Positions 61,553 to 64,000 of a stretch of DNA of 64,000 nucleotides are shown piece after piece. This DNA is from Hormiphora californensis (taxonomy: Eukaryota > Animalia > Ctenophora), in contig CM035362.1 in assembly GCA_020137815.1 (NCBI GenBank), positions 2,728,001-2,792,000 of the forward strand, read 5' to 3'. Made by a program: the position numbers and the translations under genes. Position 1 is the first letter of the stretch. Each line of letters begins with the position of its first letter. The notes under the pieces are model-generated. The model did not search any database, was not told the origin of the DNA, and worked only from the letters and a program-made list of their open reading frames with translations.

Positions 61553-61874
61553 ATTACTTGACGTGACACGCCAAAATATTTATTTTGCATTGCATGATAG
61601 AGCCGCGCAGTATTTATTCTGTCGCGCGCGCTGCGCTGCGGTCGCGGTCGCGGTTCCAATCACAAAAATAAAATTCTTAGAACAGTCGTGTTCCATTTTT
61701 CGTATTTTAACTTTTGCGTCTCTTTTTCCACTCACAGTCGTCAGTCCCAACAAAACGGCAACTGGTTTTGGTAAAACCACTTCTCTGATAGCTCTGTCAG
61801 GATGTTACGGTTAGTGGGACCACATCATGGAACGTCCCAACCCCGTCGTTTGGATAACAACCACTTCTCGCTCG

Positions 61875-63035
61875 ATATAGTTGCTAAATCCACGGGAAAA
61901 GCGAACTTGAGATTTCGGCCGGAAGCGAGAGTTTTCTGTGCCTTCTATACTCGTTTAGAAGTGAGGGCTGTTATTTGGGTTCAGGGCCCTTCAGGTTAAG
62001 CCAAAGCAAAAAACAGCAAAAGCAGACGGCTAGGATAAATCCAGTTTGCCCGGGGGTGCTTGATATCCCTTTCAATAACGTTTCAGCCACGGTCCTTCGG
62101 TACAGATTTCTCTGGCCCAGCGTAGCCACGGCCACACCCCACAAACATTACGCAATCGTGTTGCTTTTCGGGCTATCAAAGAGAGACCATACCAATCCAT
62201 AGCTTGGTGGAACCTCAGGACGTACAGCCGTAGATCCGGATCGAACCGCTGGGGTCCAACCAACACACCAAAGCCTAAAATTAAAAATTAAAATTGTGAT
62301 GTTTAAACCCTGCACACACCAACTAGCCGTCTTACCAAATTTCTCCTCCCCATTCTAAAAGTAACGATCTCGCGCGCGATTTTAACTGCTGTTAAAAAAT
62401 TTTGTCATCCAAAATTCCAACGCGACCGTCCACATAAATCGTGCGTGAGATTCGTTAACCTTTAGAATGGGGGACTAAGAGAATAAATTTTAACGGCTAC
62501 CCCCCCGCCTGGTGTGTGCGGGTTTTTTTTAATAAGAAAAAATTTTAATCTGTAATTTTAATTTTAATTTTTGGTGTGTGCCTTGTGGTGACTGTGGTGA
62601 CACCCTGGACCTAAGGCATGCGGAGGCGAGGTTGTACTGGCCACTACACACCCTGCCGTCGAGGTTAGTGTTAGATATAGAGGTCCTCCTTGGGTTTAGT
62701 ATTATAGACGTCAGTTAGCACTAGAGTTCACGCCAACCAGGGCTGTCCCTGGAACCGCAGACCCCGCTGAAGCCGCACGAATCGGGGGTCTGGCCGACCG
62801 CCATTACCACACAGGGAGCTGGGGAGGGAAAGCATCACAACCTCCAGTAGGGCTGTCAGAGCATTGGACTGACAGGCCAGGGGAGGCTATGCGCCGCGAG
62901 AAACTGGACCCTGTGCAGCATTCACGGCGCAGGTAAACTCACGGGGGGAAGGCGGCTTTTTTAAAAACATGGAATTAAAATCTCTGCGCCTTTGACGTTT
63001 GAGTTAGCATAAGGCCCACGGAAATGCTTAAAGTC
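61875..63035 (+). repeat. Indel-riddled direct copy of ~57048-58080 (SINE + MITE + flanks)
   Basis: Colinear match differing mainly by scattered 1-3 nt insertions. Confidence 0.85.
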
Positions 63036-63771
63036 ATGCACATTGCACAATCAAGTCATGCCCACCAATCCACAGAACTCGGAAACGCGCGGAGTGCTTC
63101 GCGCGTTCTTGAGCTCAACGTGACCTTGCGTTGGTGGCCTTTCCCGTGTGACTTGATTTGTGCACCCCTGCACAACCCCCCCCCCTTGACCACCACATTT
63201 CCGACACACCAGACACCCAACCCACCGGGCCTAATGCTAAAAACCCAAAAAGCTATGGAGGCGAGACACTGTGTTGAGACGCGCACAAGGCGACTGGTGC
63301 GCATTTGGCTATTGCAGGACCGCGCACCCTGTTTGTGAATTTCGAGTAAACATCTGCCAAAAAAAAGTTGAAAAAATTTTGTCTCCAACAGTTTTAAAAT
63401 ACTTTTTTGTTTTTTGACTTACGGCATGGCTTGCGGACGAAAAATAAGTTGGATAAACGGTGACGAGTAAAATCCCTTTTATGGTCAAATTTGACTTTTT
63501 TGGCAAAACTCTGTCATTTCTTTCCAACATCGCCACAATCTTAGGCTCGTTGGGAAGAGAGTACTTTCCAATGATTAAACGGTCAATAAACGTCAGGGCT
63601 AATATTCTCCTGAGGCTGTGTTTAAAAAAGGTCTGTTTGAAAGCTTTCTGTGTTAATTTCTTCGCCATTGTAGCGCGATTTTTGATGCTCCTGCGCCTGT
63701 AGTAAAGCCTTTCAATTTGAAGCGAGCTCAATGCAAAATTTTCAAAAAACGTTCCTCTTACCAACGCATTT

Positions 63772-64000
63772 CTCTCGCGTCTCCGTTGAAGGATAATAAT
63801 TCCCAGGCTGTTGTCAGCCTTTGTTCCAGTAGTTAAGGCCTTTGACTTTCCGCAATTGCCCTGGTAAAGAATCTCTGTATATAGTTTCGATCTGGATAAC
63901 ATCGCCGCTCTTGGTTGGAGAACATTAAGGGCGAGAACAGTATTCAAGTTTGGGTCTTAGCAGTGGACTTGAATGCGAGAGTTACCATAGGCTTCTCGGG
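63772..64000 (-). pseudogene. Frameshifted CR1-group RT C-terminal fragment
   Basis: Across frames: MVTL.FKS..P.LEYCSP..DVIQIET.QRFFTRAI..VKGLNYW..LSLQRRRE, colinear with the two RTs upstream. Confidence 0.65.

Noticed and set aside
63309-63947. 212-aa ORF as a gene
   Set aside because: Chance frame through a frameshifted CR1 RT fragment and unrelated repeat DNA.

Overview
Eukaryotic, intron-rich, repeat-dense animal DNA. The 18S signatures and the dominant 109-bp MITE suggest a ctenophore (Pleurobrachia-like); this rests on recall, not a search. Left to right: (1) a tight co-oriented three-gene cluster: 3' part of PSMC3/Rpt5, a 9-exon gene built from two tandem Sola1-transposase-like N-terminal modules with no catalytic domain, and RRP8; (2) a 2.5-kb G-rich 32-bp satellite; (3) one rDNA unit split inside 28S, with the two halves in opposite orientation and a 27-bp overlap, and a 5'-truncated R2 retrotransposon at the canonical 28S site; (4) a secreted EGF-cbEGF-Ig-C-type-lectin gene; (5) two spliced minus-strand ORFs of unknown function and a 29-bp satellite; (6) about 15 kb of nested MITEs and DNA-transposon relics, including an ORF1-only LINE derivative; (7) a CHST11-family sulfotransferase; (8) two back-to-back CR1-group RT fragments bracketed by a ~1-kb duplication. 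Some stretches (39.5-40.3 kb, 61.9-64 kb) look like low-quality or uncorrected read sequence, so structural oddities need read-level confirmation.
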